A stretch of 64,000 nt of DNA from the NCBI GenBank assembly GCA_976226885.1, contig OZ320323.1:1550001-1614000 (forward strand), in the 5' to 3' direction. This DNA comes from Iphione sp. A-MEVVRFRX5. Lineage: Eukaryota. Positions 25,201-37,800 of the stretch are shown here, one piece after another (the first letter of the stretch is position 1; the number at the start of each line of letters is the position of its first letter). The notes under the pieces were generated by a model. That model was not told the origin of the DNA, searched no databases, and saw nothing but the letters and a program-made list of their open reading frames with translations. Both the position numbers and the translations under genes were made by a program.

Positions 25201-27029
25201 AAGGGCAGAATGATCTGCCCCATCTTCCCCCCTATTTTAATGAAATTGACTGTGATATTTATGATTGTGATGACTTGCCGCATTACATTGCAGAGACACC
25301 GAATTATTCGTGCATGTTGTATTATAAAACAAAAATGTGGCCTGTGCCCTTAGCATGTTGCCCAAATCATGATAAAGAAGTGTATGAAAAGGTTAAAAGC
25401 ACAGGCTTGCCTAATTCACAAGAAGCGAGAATTCTTTTAAGAAATTCTATACATATCCCTGCTTGGGAACATTTTCTAAGTAATGAAGATTTTAGGGACA
25501 ATTTTCTCATATCTATGCTGAAATACGGTTTTCCATTGGGGATCGAAGGTCTACCAACACCGGATCTGCCAATGGAGAATTATGTCTCAGCTCAGAGGTA
25601 CCAGGGTTGCCTCGATGACTATGTACAAAAAGAACTTTCATATTCAGCCATCCAAGGCCCATTCGAGGCCCCACCCTTCTCTCCTTGGTTTATTATGAGT
25701 CCCATATTGACAAGACCAAAGAATACCCCGGGGGAGCGCAGAGTCATAATTGATCTTTCAGCAAATGGGGTAAATGACTTGATTCCAAAGAATAGGTACT
25801 TTCAAGTTCCAGTCAAAATTAGACTGCCAGTCATTGAGAATTTGGCTACTGAGATTGCAAATTCTCATACTAGGGTCCTTATATGGTCGATTGATTTACA
25901 GAGAGCATATCGTAATTTCTTAGTGGACCCGTTAGATTGGCCATTGTTGGGCTTCAAGGTACAAGATAAATACTATTATGATAAGGCCCTCCCGTTTGGG
26001 ACAAGACACTCATCAACATTCTTGCAAATGATCTCAGATAGATTAGTAGAATATTTTGAGTCCAAATTTTCACAGCTGAAGGTCTTTGCATATTTAGACG
26101 ATTTTGTTTTCCTCCATCCTGACAATGTACATCTAGAGGAGGCTGCACAAGGGGTATACGAGGCCTTCTCCTGGCTGGGGCTCCCTCTCTCTGAGGCAAA
26201 ATGCACATGGCCCTGCCGAAAGATAGTCTGGCTAGGGGTGACTTTTGACTTAGAGAAGGGACAATATTCTGTTCCCCCTCATAAAATTCATGATACATTG
26301 AGCCTTATACGTTCAATTGTCCAGAGAAGAAATATTACGATTTTGATGTTACAAAAGCTCTTGGGCTCCTTGAACTTTATTGCTAAATGTTGTCCTCCAG
26401 CCCGCCTATTCGTTGGACGGATGCTACAGGAGTATAGGGATACAATTAAAGAGGACAGGCAAAGGATTAGAATTACTAATGAGGTAGAATCTGATCTAAG
26501 ATGGTTTCTACGCTTCCTGCCCAAGTATAATGGTATACAATTCCTCAGTACAAAAAAGCATCAAGCGTCAATATTTTGTGACGCTTGCCTAGAAGGGATG
26601 GGCATGCACTCAGAGTTAGGATATTATGCCATAGATACTCCCTCATCGTGTAGGGACTTACATATTTCCCAGATAGAAGGATTAAATGTAGCAGTTGCAC
26701 TCCTCTTCCTTAAGGATAGATTACCAAAGCATACAAAGATCTATGTCTACTGTGACAACATAGCGGCGATTTCTATCTTTCAATCAGGGAGGGGTAGAGA
26801 TCAAGTTCTCTTAAAAGCAGCAAGGGCAATATGGTATGTAGCTGCAGATAGGGATATCACCTTCAGGTTTTTTCATGTCCCCGGATCGGAGATGATCCTC
26901 GCAGACGCCCTCTCGAGAATTAAGAAGGCCCCGAAGTATAAGGCAATAGCCAAGCAACAATTGGCCTCTAAAAATGTCCAGAGATTATATCCAAAACACA
27001 CCGACGTTAATAAAATCCTCATGTTTTAA
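25068..27029 (+). CDS. Ngaro reverse transcriptase-RNase H (653 aa, overlaps gag)
   Basis: IDLQRAYRN, LPFG, YLDDF; RNase H FCDAC, EGLN, YCDN, LADALSR; uninterrupted frame. Confidence 0.95.
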   Translation: MPCMLLCDAENLGPQARGVSSEEAMQPEARQVGKRHNEEAAGRLEGQNDLPHLPPYFNEIDCDIYDCDDLPHYIAETPNYSCMLYYKTKMWPVPLACCPNHDKEVYEKVKSTGLPNSQEARILLRNSIHIPAWEHFLSNEDFRDNFLISMLKYGFPLGIEGLPTPDLPMENYVSAQRYQGCLDDYVQKELSYSAIQGPFEAPPFSPWFIMSPILTRPKNTPGERRVIIDLSANGVNDLIPKNRYFQVPVKIRLPVIENLATEIANSHTRVLIWSIDLQRAYRNFLVDPLDWPLLGFKVQDKYYYDKALPFGTRHSSTFLQMISDRLVEYFESKFSQLKVFAYLDDFVFLHPDNVHLEEAAQGVYEAFSWLGLPLSEAKCTWPCRKIVWLGVTFDLEKGQYSVPPHKIHDTLSLIRSIVQRRNITILMLQKLLGSLNFIAKCCPPARLFVGRMLQEYRDTIKEDRQRIRITNEVESDLRWFLRFLPKYNGIQFLSTKKHQASIFCDACLEGMGMHSELGYYAIDTPSSCRDLHISQIEGLNVAVALLFLKDRLPKHTKIYVYCDNIAAISIFQSGRGRDQVLLKAARAIWYVAADRDITFRFFHVPGSEMILADALSRIKKAPKYKAIAKQQLASKNVQRLYPKHTDVNKILMF

Positions 27030-27121
27030 TTACAGATCCGGGTCTCGAAATGTTAGCGTGACAGGCGACAATAAGACAGACTCAGAGCGTCACCCCAGCA
27101 TCTCTCAAGGCAAGGCATAGG

Positions 27122-28009
27122 ATGCTCCTGCTAGCAGCAGGTTTTGCTTCATTCTATGGATATGAATTCCCTGTGATGCCACTGGACGCAATTCTGATAT
27201 TCATAGAATATTTAGCATCAAAATTCCAATCCCCGTCAGTGATTGATCAGCATGTTTCAGCTCTCCGAACATGCTTACAGTTGCTAGACGCAGATCAAAC
27301 AGCCATTAACCACATACGGGTTAAAAATGCAGTCAGGGCTATACACAAGACAACGTCCCATGTCATAGATGCTAAGAAGCCAATAACTATTGAATATATG
27401 GAGGGGTTGGTAGATATGATGCTCTCCCAAGGCCCACTGGCTAGAGTTTTAAAGGCAGCCTTTTTATTTTTGTATTTCTCGTTATTGAGACAATCGAATT
27501 TATTCCCCAGATCAAGGCTGGATTATGACCCAAGTAAGCACTTGCAGGACCGGGATGTCGAAATTTTAGGCCAGTATGCTAGGATTAACATAAAGTGGTC
27601 GAAAACGATAAGAAAGGAGTCTCCACAGGAGATTTTCATCCCAAGATTACAGAATCACTTATGCCCTGTGACGGCGTTAGAAGAGATGAGAGAAAGCCAG
27701 AAAAGCTATGATAGGAAACTTGCCCTTTTCAGGGATCCCATGACAGGTGCCCCTCTGACTGCCACAAGAATGTCGACGATTCTGAAAGTGATCAATAAGG
27801 AATTGGGGTATCACCAAGACCAGTTTACCCTTCACAGTTTTAGAAGGGGGGGGGCCACCCTCCTTCAAAAGGCAGGGGCTACCCCCCAGGAAGTGCAGGC
27901 GCAGGGTACCTGGGCCTCACATTCTAGTATGTTGAAGTATACGTCTAGACTAGTCGACTCAATGAAGGCAGCTGATAGGCTCTGGGGGATCCTGAACAAG
28001 CAAGCGTAA
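27122..28009 (+). CDS. Ngaro tyrosine recombinase (295 aa; frame extends up to 27035 through one TGA)
   Basis: LRQSNL (catalytic Arg), KWSKT, HSFRRGGAT, QGTWAS..MLKY (Trp, Tyr). Confidence 0.95.
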   Translation: MLLLAAGFASFYGYEFPVMPLDAILIFIEYLASKFQSPSVIDQHVSALRTCLQLLDADQTAINHIRVKNAVRAIHKTTSHVIDAKKPITIEYMEGLVDMMLSQGPLARVLKAAFLFLYFSLLRQSNLFPRSRLDYDPSKHLQDRDVEILGQYARINIKWSKTIRKESPQEIFIPRLQNHLCPVTALEEMRESQKSYDRKLALFRDPMTGAPLTATRMSTILKVINKELGYHQDQFTLHSFRRGGATLLQKAGATPQEVQAQGTWASHSSMLKYTSRLVDSMKAADRLWGILNKQA

Positions 28010-29287
28010 TGAGAAAGGGGCTTGGCGGTTCTACTCATAGTTGAATATCTTGTACTTGTATTATACTATTTGTCTTGTTTTATGTGCATGTCAAATTATT
28101 GAAATGATTCTGATGATGTATTGAAGGGGCATGTATGCCTCAACACTGTTTCTCCATTATAGTACAATGGGTAGCAGACAGCAGAGAATAATAACCTGCT
28201 GTGTTTACAAGCCAAAAAACTCCAATTTATTATATTTTATGTACTATTTTATATTGTCATTAAATATTATTATATGTATGCGGCTTCAGTTGTCTGTATG
28301 TCGATAGGGCTTATACGGCAGGGGTCGCTGCGGTATATTATTATCGACACTAGGGCGACAGGGTCAGCGTGTCAGACCACCTGAAGCGGCCGGGGAGTAA
28401 GATTTCACCCACCCACCATCACCCTAGGAGGAATCAGGATCAAGGATCATCGAGAGACTCTATATTACTCCCCAACGCTTTGACTCATGATTGGACATTT
28501 CGAATGTTAGTTGTGCATTGGGCGGTTCTACTCATAGTTGAATATCTTGTACTTGTATTATACTATTTGTCTTGTTTTATGTGCATGTCAAATTATTGAA
28601 ATGATTCTGATGATGTATTGAAGGGGCATGTATGCCTCAACACTGTTTCTCCATTATAGTACAATGGGTAGCAGACAGCAGAGAATAATAACCTGCTGTG
28701 TTTACAAGCCAAAAAACTCCAATTTATTATATTTTATGTACTATTTTATATTGTCATTAAATATTATTATATGTATGCGGCTTCAGTTGTCTGTATGTCG
28801 ATAAGAGATGAAATGACAGGCTATGGGTTATTCCTATTCATTATACCACATTAAGCTATATTAATATGTATAGAGATACTTTACCAGAGTTATGTGTAGT
28901 ACATTGAACGTTATGTATCAGGACCCTCGAGTTACATCACAGTGCCTGTAAGAGAAATTATATTACCAATTTTAGCTGATAGTTTGTGGTAGCATAAGGT
29001 TTCATTCCATTGCTTCTTCCTCACCTCCACCAGTTGCCCCCCCCTCCCCGGGCTAGAACTTCCCTCTTCTCCGTCCGTAACCTGCCCATGTTGTTCAGAC
29101 CACGATATACCCCCTTCTTGGTGAGTAAATAGTTCATTGAGGTGTCTGCCCCCCAGTAAACACATAATGTGCGATGCCCAGTTATTACACACAAATGAAG
29201 ATGATATATGAGCGCTAAAGATACACTGCCTCATATATACCTTTTCACAATTTGTGGTCTGGTATATATTACCAGTGATCACTCCCC

Positions 29288-29946
29288 TTACCCTACCATG
29301 AAGTGTCTGATAAACTTCTCCAGAAGTAATACCAATTTAGTCTTCCCTTCTCTGTTAAAGTGACAACCGTCTTCCCACAATTTGTAGGAGACAGCCCTGT
29401 CACCCCTCCTCCTTCGGTAAGTTAGAATACCAACTCTTGGGTTGGTCTGTTATTACGAAAACTGATATCTGTTATCACATGATTCACCCCTCTGAGTACC
29501 TCATTTACAGCTCTTTGTGTAAATGTACTCCTATTCAAATCCTTCCCTCGATTTAGGTACAGATTGTATTTCACCACATTGATACCGGGTATTGTTCCAA
29601 TATAAAAAGGTATTGGACCTAGCTGCTTGTACAACCTATAGTTTATATCATGCAAGGTATCAATCAAGTTGTCCCTCACAGTGGATACATTCTCACCTCG
29701 CAACTCAATTTTGGCATATTACCCTGATATTGTGTCCCATTTCAAAACCTTCCTTGTATAATCACATATGCCTCCTAATATGATAACACCATTAATCACA
29801 TTCATGTTAATAGTTACATTCCCAAGCTCCCTAGTTAGCCGGTCCAATCCCTCCCCCGGTATCATCAGTACAGTTGCATGTACATCAATATCTGCCAACA
29901 TAGGTTCCAACGTGGCTCCTCGTGAGTCTGTTACAAATAGAAACAT
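29288..29946 (-). pseudogene. SGNH hydrolase ORF downstream of ORF1-NADAR
   Basis: FVTDSRG (block I), IPGEG (block II), LGGICD (block III), WEDGCH (block V); frameshifted. Confidence 0.88.
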
Positions 29947-30349
29947 TCTTACATATAAGGTAAGTAGTTATAGTCTCTTATCTTTCTCCCTGATTATGCA
30001 GTCTGACTCGTGTGTTACTTCAACAATGATGTTGTTACACCGACTTATCCCGTGCCGATTCCAGGTTGTCTCCTCTGTTCTTGCTTCTCACCTTTGGTAG
30101 ACCCTTATCCACCAATATCCGTACCTGTCTATTTACAAAACTATTATTTAGGTCAGTACATGTATATTGTTTGTAGACATTAAATACATAATACTTTCAG
30201 ATAAGACAAATATTAAAGCTCAACATTGTTAGCATTCTGGTTGTTAGCCATTTGTCGGGAGTCCAATTGCCCCATTAAGACCATATACATAAACTCTCTC
30301 GAGGTCAAAACCCCACTACGTATTCGTCTGTTTTAGGAGTTATTACTCC

Positions 30350-31868
30350 TACTAAATCCTCGAGCAATTGCTCCCAGTAATTCATCCCTTGTAAGATTCA
30401 GTCTGCATCCACTGCCATTTCCTTGGGTGCCAGCTCTGTCCTAATTTCCATTATTTCATATCAGCTGCAGCTCCCCAGTAGTGTGATTTCATTGCCGCCA
30501 CCAGCGTGGCGTTCCCTGTTGATAGTTCCTCCCTCAACTGGCCGTGCTGATTAAATTTTGCTTGCAAACTATCCAGCATCAGGTCGTCACGTATCTCCTC
30601 CCAGCCATGTGGGTCTGGTACCCGCTTTTCAATGGATATCACTGTCACCGGATCGACCTCCTCCAATGTCTCCCGTGCCTGTTCCTTGCAGTTCGCCAGT
30701 TCAGCCCTCTTCTTCTGAAAACAGTGTTCAGCAGGTAGACTTCCTTTTCATAGCTTATTGGTGAATGATACAGGTTGTTCAACGTTGCAGTAGGTCCTTG
30801 GAATACAACACGGTCATTCTGCAAAATCTGCCTCGCTTTCGATAAGTGTAGCTCAGGTGGCAGTGATCCCAGGTCTTTCACTCCATATGAGCGGTCATCG
30901 ACGTAGAATTTAGTACCTGCTACATATGCTTTCTTCTCCTGAGATCTAGCTAGGCTGCAAATTGCTCGCAAGTCTGCCACCTCCTTTCTCTGCTCTAAGA
31001 GTTAGATCTTTATTAATCCATATGCCCGTATCCTTCAGCACTTTCTTGTTCTTCATCACAATTCGTTTGTCTTCTTCTCTCACAAATTTGACAACCACAT
31101 CCTGGACCCCACCCGATGAAGGTCTGTTGATCCGGTAGCATACATCTATATCTCTGATATGGATATCTGGATGCACATTATCAAGCGAAGCCACTACTTT
31201 TGCTGAGAGCTCTTCATTCACTGTTTCTTCCACCCCACTCATTATAATCGTGTTGTTCCTGGCTTGTCTATCTAATCTTCTATGATTGCTTTACATTTCC
31301 TCATTTTCTTTCCCCATCCTTTTAGTCTCTCCTGCCAATGAAGCCATTTTTTATGCGCAAGGCCTTGTTCTCAAGTCCTGTACACTTTTCTTTAGTTCGT
31401 CAATCTCCTCCTCTCTTTCTTTCCACACTGCCTGCATTCCTTTTATACCTTCATTTCCCATCTGTAGTTGCTTCTCTATCTTCGCCATTTGCTCTCCTAT
31501 AGCTGTCACCCTCGTATCATTTCTTGCCACTATTGTCAATATTGTCTCGGTCATTGTCCTGATACTCCATATCATTGCAAATTGACTTTGATACTGGTGA
31601 GGAACCTACTATTTTCCTCTTACCCCTTCTCTTTTTTGGAGGGTTTTCATCCTCCTCCTCTGCATTACCCTCTGTCATCCTTGCGATTTTCATGCACCAC
31701 CTGGGGGTCTTCAGCCTTGTTCAACGTATCTAGGATATCTTGGATTGTTTCCTCATATCCTCCCGTTGCCCCTTCATCTTGTTCCACTTTTTCATACTCC
31801 CCTCCTCCCTTTGCTATGTTGTTATCAGTCTCTCCTTCCCTTCTCTCATTACACACTTGGCCTTCCAT
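30350..31868 (-). pseudogene. LINE ORF1 (acidic N-terminus, coiled coil, RRM, CTD) fused to a NADAR domain (30806-~30350); no ORF2 follows
   Basis: RRNNTIIMSGVEE..YRI..DVVVKFV..GIWINKDLT; then DLRAICSLAR..FYVDDRSY; then VFQG..NNLY..AEHCFQ..W..QAKFNQHGQLREE.STGNATLVAAMKSHYWG; several frameshifts. Confidence 0.85.
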
Positions 31869-32099
31869 AGCTTGGGGAGTCCAAAATAAGTATATTTATC
31901 GGTCGGGTCAATCTCTATTGCGATCTTGATCCCAGTACCTATTATTAGACTATCATTACCATAGACTGTACTAATAATAGCATTCACCAGCACCTTGATT
32001 CCTTACTTTCCATTCAGTCACTTTTACATACCGTTGGAATCCCATGATTTATTTGACATTCAGTATATGATGGTATTCCAGTACATCCTCCACTCTTGC

Positions 32100-32763
32100 T
32101 GAAATGTGAATGTCCCGATCCTTTTGTTCAAATCTCCTGGGAAACAACTTGTAACTTGTTTTTTTTTCAGTGGAGCATTCACCGGTTACGTGCACCTACC
32201 GCAGCGCCATTTTTTTAATTGATTACTGGAATCGCTGTATGTAGTGAGGTTAAGCCAGTTGAACGTGGTCATAAGATGACATATGTGATGCCTCACTCCC
32301 TTCCTACAAGTGTCTGATGACCAGCAATCCAGAAAAAAGTACACAATAATGAGATGTTGATGGCATATTATAATTGGGATTATGAGGAGAAACCCCAACA
32401 ATCCCATGAAAATAAATGTTGCGGTCATGGACCACTTTCACGTAACTTTCAAGTTACAGATACCCCCAATAATTATGACCCCTTTCACCTGATCCGCTAT
32501 TGCAGTCCTTTCAATTGTCTTGCCCAAATAATTATGACCCCTTTCACCTGATCCGCTATTGCAGTCCTTTCAATTGTCCTTACAAGACTTTGTAAGTCAT
32601 ATCCAGGGTATACGTTTACTAATACGTTTATTCCCTCTTGCTGCAACCATTGTTCCAGCCCCCTCCCCCTTGAGCTAGCGAATATGATAATACATTTTGA
32701 TGTCAATAATGTAGGGGGATAAGGTAACTTATCGTATGTGGTATGCTCTTTGGGACCAGACAA
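32100..32763 (-). pseudogene. SGNH hydrolase module with an internal ~60-bp tandem duplication (32470-32580)
   Basis: IFASSRGRGLEQWL..VYPGYDL..DQVKGVIII; aattatgacccctttcacctgatccgctattgcagtcctttcaattgtc occurs twice. Confidence 0.75.
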
Positions 32764-33020
32764 ACCTCCGAGGGTTTGATAGTGTTCCTCTCACAGTGTT
32801 GGTAATGGCTTGACTGTAAATAAAGTTCATGATCAAACACTCATAAATACATAGTCACATTTAGTCTTACGCTTCACCACTACATCTCTTATTGATGCTA
32901 ATAAATGGTCTTAAAAGAATATTGTATGATGGTGGTGGTGGTGGTGGCAGTGGCGGTAATTTTACACACAACAGCTGAAATTTTCCTCACTACAACTGTA
33001 GAGGTGGAAAATAATTTAGT

Positions 33021-33095
33021 CTTTCTCTCTCTCTCTTTCTCTCTATCTCCTCTCTATCTCTCTTCTCTATCTCTCTCTCTCTCTCCCTCCTCTCT
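33021..33095. repeat. Imperfect (CT)n microsatellite
   Basis: Direct reading. Confidence 0.9.
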
Positions 33096-33390
33096 ACCCC
33101 TCTTTGATCAATATGTACACACAAATACCATCCCGACTCGTGCGGGGTGATTATTTTTAAAAATAAACACCCTGCACCCATATACGTACTACTACGTATT
33201 ATGATGTGGGAGAAACAATTACTGGCTGGGGGTGTTAGCGCTAAACATCAGCGTGGCTTTTTGACAGGGCCGTTCAGGCCAGGAGACCAGGTGACTTCAA
33301 CTGGGCCGCCTACCAAGTGGTAACGTTGTGATACGTTTTCGGCCGGGGAGGTGCGGCAAATGAAGCTACAGACGTGTTACAGACAAGCTC

Positions 33391-34442
33391 TCAACATGCC
33401 CTGATTATTTTTAATCTTGCTTTCCAGTCCTCTGGTTGATGGGCTGTGCGTGGGGGGCCTGAGTCCGCGTCGTGATGCGGACCTTTACGGTTGATGCTAT
33501 TGGGCCCTGATCTTTGGGGTTGGGATTTAATGGACTGAACTAGCCTCGAGCGAAAGTCTGACTGTCCTGTAAATGGATCAGTCCCCCTCCTCAATAGTTG
33601 TCTGTATGTACGGTCGGGGCATTGTATACTTGTTGGGGGTCATTTCCTGCCTGGGTGGTGGGTGATGTGGTTGGGTTTGGCGCTAATTGATTGGACACCA
33701 GGGTAGTGCTTACAGGTCGTGTATAGCCCTTTTGGGGTTTGGCTATCACTACAGTTGTGTTCATGGGCTCTTTGGAGCTTTGGGTTGATGGGCTGACAGA
33801 GTGGTCGGATCCCCGTTGGTCTGGTTTCCGCCTCTTTTTGGGCTTTTGGCGCCTTTGGGGTCTGGGAGTGGGTGTTTGGCTCTCACTCATTTTCAAAACT
33901 CCTTTTAGTGTGTTGGGAGTTGAGGCTAATGTTTGAAGATTCTTCAAGGTCTCATTATCATTATCAATGGAAGAAGATGAATTGATGGATGATAAGTTAA
34001 ATAGTGATTGACTACTTCTAGGGGACCAATACAGGTCCAAAGTGGACTGACGTCCTTCGGCTATAAAACTTTTAAAAGAGTTGCTACTTACCTTGGCTCC
34101 CACCTGGTTGTTGGGCTGAGGCGGAGGCGGTGGTGGTACTGATGGTCGGGGAGTACCTGGTTGTCTACACTGGTTGATGTGGCCCTGAGGTACATTCATC
34201 ATCCGGTGGACTGGGTTGTGGGGTGGTGGTCCGTCTGGTAACCAGCTTGGGCCTGGTACTGGGTCAGTCGCCACTTGTCTGGAAGAGCCAGCAGCGACAG
34301 CTGCGATTGTCCGTGTTCCCATCGGGGCTGGCGGACCATGCATGGGGGGTATAGCGGCCCCGGCCGAGCTAGCGGTGGTGGCCGGTCGTATCCTGTTAAT
34401 TGAAAAACATATCAATACATATAGATTATAACTACATACCAT
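33391..34442 (-). other. Pro/Ser-rich low-complexity ORF pair of unknown origin, possibly a retroelement N-terminal region
   Basis: 283-aa plus 67-aa disordered ORFs with no recognisable domain; composition like 9239-9496 and 42682-42879. Confidence 0.35.
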
Positions 34443-34805
34443 GCAGTTTCACAACAGTGTACCATCAGTATACGTTATCACATATTCTAAGGTACCGGGC
34501 CATGCTGGATAATGTCACCATTGGGCATAAGTGCCCCTCATATACAGACTCTGGGTATAGGCTATCATCTATTTTCAAGAGACCGTTCATACCAATTGTT
34601 GTGGGTAACCTTTACAGTTTCAGTTTTACAGACCTGCCTGTACTTTAAGTTCTGTGTTTTAATCTTTCTTCCGTTACATTCCCTCTTTGTCGAGAGTGTT
34701 TGAGATTAAGAAGTCTAGGATTGAAATGATAACATATATATTGACATCATCTACTTCATTTACTCGTGGTCCTCTTTCAAGGACTATATATTCTCAGCAT
34801 ATATA

Positions 34806-37800
34806 TTTTTTTTTTTTTTTGTAAACTGAATTTTTGCCATCCTAGATCAATCGATCTATTTACAGGCAATCAGGTCCTTGTTCTTATGTCTCCATTAAGA
34901 AATTTATCTTACACTTCAAACAGAATGATGCATACATTTCTCATACTACATGCGAGCATGTATTGTTTCAGTATATACACATTCATAGAAGAAACTTATG
35001 AGATGGTATGAAACAAGAGCATATGGTAATGATGTTACGTTTGATTGGTGATATAAGTACAAATTCCTTTCATCTCAATATCATTAATGAAAATTTATGA
35101 CAGCTTCATGGTACCCTGAAGTTTTCAGCTTCATACCTACTCCACATATACACTTTAAACTCCTTTTTGGTCCCAATGTCCTTTAGATGTTGTGGTAAAT
35201 TATTCCAAGCTATCTTGCCCTTATATGACCAGCACTCTCTGTATAACTCTTTCTTGATTTTAGGTAATCGTACCTGTTTCCCTCTTCTCCCTTTATTCTG
35301 TACTATACACTTCCCTAGAGTATTTCACTGTGCATTCTCTCAAGAGTTCTTCATTCCCTCAAATATACAATAGGAAGTATTTCATTTTTCTTCCTGTAAT
35401 CCTTTACCGCCTCGCCATTACATAGTTTGTGCAATTTTCGATCCATTATTTTTACTATATTTGTTTTAATAACTGGTAGGGCATTTGTCAGAACTGGTTC
35501 AATCAGTGTTCTAATCACACGTATGGCAACAGTTGAAGTAATATAATTTCAGAACTTTCGCATCATGTACATTTTGTAGCTAATGCTTTTTACCATTTTG
35601 GAAAGATGAGCTTTAAAATTCAGATTATCATCCAGACACACCCCTAGGTAGTTATAGATAGAAATTTGGCTCATGATCTCATTGTTCAACCATAGTTGCT
35701 TCCCCTTATTTTACGCTTTGGTGTACACAACATATATTTACTCTTACTCACGTCTAGTAGCATTCTATTATTTTTACACCACTTGTCAACATTGTTCAAA
35801 GATTTTTGCATTTTGTCAAGTGCCTGGTCCCATGTTGTTCCCTCACTCATCAGCACTGTATCATCTGCATAAAGTAAGATATTTCCAGCATTAACAACCT
35901 TAGGAAGGTCATTGATATAGGTGAGGAACAACATGGGACCCAGCAGGCTCCCCTGTGGAACTCCACATTTTATCTGCCTACTGTTTGAAATACAATTATT
36001 AACCCTGACATATTGTTTTCTATTTCTTAAGTACTCCTTTACAAGGCTTGCCATGGGGCCCCCACATTCCCTGTAGACTTTGTTTATCAAAATACTATGG
36101 TCTATCGAGTCGAAAGCCTTAGCAAAATCCAGATATGTAACTACAACCTTATGATTCTCATTCATGTTCTCATTGATGTACTTTGTAAGCTCACATACAG
36201 CATCATCAGTACATTTGACAGCTCGGAAACCAAATTGTTTTTCATAGAGTGTTTTCCTCTCCTCCAAAGTTTTGACTAATTCAACATATAATACCTTTTC
36301 TAGCACCTTGGCCCCAATAGGAAGAACACTTATCGGTCTATAGTTGGATACTATGTTTTTATCCCCCCCTTTCCAAACTGGGGTAACACATGCACATTTC
36401 CACTTATCCGGGATAGTTCTTTTCTCAATTATTGCCTCAATAAGTGCATACAAGTATACAAAGCTGTGGTCCATTGCCCTTTTCATACATTTACTGTTGA
36501 TATCTATCATTTCTGAGCTCTTACTTACATTTATCTTCTCAATGGCCTTCTTCAATGATGCCCTAGTCAAGTTTATTCCCCGTGGTACACCCTCCCATGG
36601 CACTTGCTTCTCCTTGTTTTTAACCTCCAATTTAGCTTGTACCCTCTCCCCCCCATTGACAAAGAAGTCATTTATCTCTTCCCCCACATCTTTACCAGTT
36701 AGCATCACCCCCTCTTTTTGACTGTCCCCTTGTCTTAAAGTGTATTATCTCGTCTACAGTTAACCAAAACTTTCGGGGATTGTTTATATTTTCTTCAAAT
36801 AATTTACAATAATGCTCCTTTCTTGCCATTCTAGTTGAATATTTATATTGTGATTTCACGATCTTTAATTTAACCCAGTTTTCGAGTTTATTGCTTTGCT
36901 TATATTCTTTTAAGGCTTCATTCATAGCTAATCTCTTCTGAACCACATCGTACTGATCTAGCCAACTACTCACCCTGCATAGGGGATTTCTTCGTTTCTT
37001 TGGTGCTATATTGTCTAGGGCATTAATGATGTTGTTTTCCCACCTCTCACACATAGTATCTATCGATACTTCTTCAGTGATATTCTCCCAGTGTTGCTGT
37101 AGGATCTGTTCCTTAAAGTGCATATCATCTAACTTATGTAGACTTCTTACCCACACTTTCGGTAGTTTACATATTCTCTGTTTATATCATTGTTCAGCTG
37201 TGACCATAAAGTGGTCACTTAGTAGACATGTATCAACATTCAGCTTGGTTTTTTCTGTTACACTTTCAAACCACACATCCAAAATACTTGATGAAGTTTT
37301 AGTCACAAATGTCGGCTGGGATACTTTGTTTATTAATCCATGAGATAAACAGAGTTCATTTATTTTGCTCCGCATTTTACTTGGTTTTGACATGTCAATG
37401 TTAAGATCTCCTGTCAGTATTAATTCCTCATTATCCTTTACGGATTGCAGCTTAGTCTTTAACATATCTAAAAAGATATCAAAGTTCCCCCCAGGTGGTC
37501 TGTACACACATATAACAAGCTTTCGGTGGTTTATTCGGGCACTATACTGAAATATCAGATGCTCATAGTTTTGGTTACTTCCCTGAGACAGTGTTTCCAA
37601 CATAAAATCTTCAGTAACATATGTTAATATCCCACCACCCTTTTTTGAACCTAACCTGTCTTGTCTGTGTATGTTAAAACCTGTCCAAGCTATCACTTGG
37701 TTTGGAATTATAGGCTTCAACCACGACCCTGTGATAATTACAATGCTATACTTTGTCCCCAGATATTTCTTAATTTCTTCCTGTTTTTTCATGTAACTGC

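Larger units (their letters stand above)
24213..28803 (+). mobile_element. Full-length Ngaro-type YR retrotransposon with split direct repeats A1-ORFs-B1-A2-B2
   Basis: A1 24213-24310 equals A2 28303-28400 (98 bp); B1 28024-28306 equals B2 28521-28803 (283 bp); three ORFs in gag, RT/RH, YR order; GATA at both ends. Confidence 0.96.

Noticed and set aside
28932-29282. GIY-YIG nuclease-like ORF
   Set aside because: Only a vague GRHLNELF resemblance, no GIY/YIG motifs; more likely inter-ORF spacer.
22263-29946. SGNH ORFs as part of the Ngaro element (some Ngaro carry a hydrolase)
   Set aside because: They lie outside the A1 and B2 boundaries and on the opposite strand.
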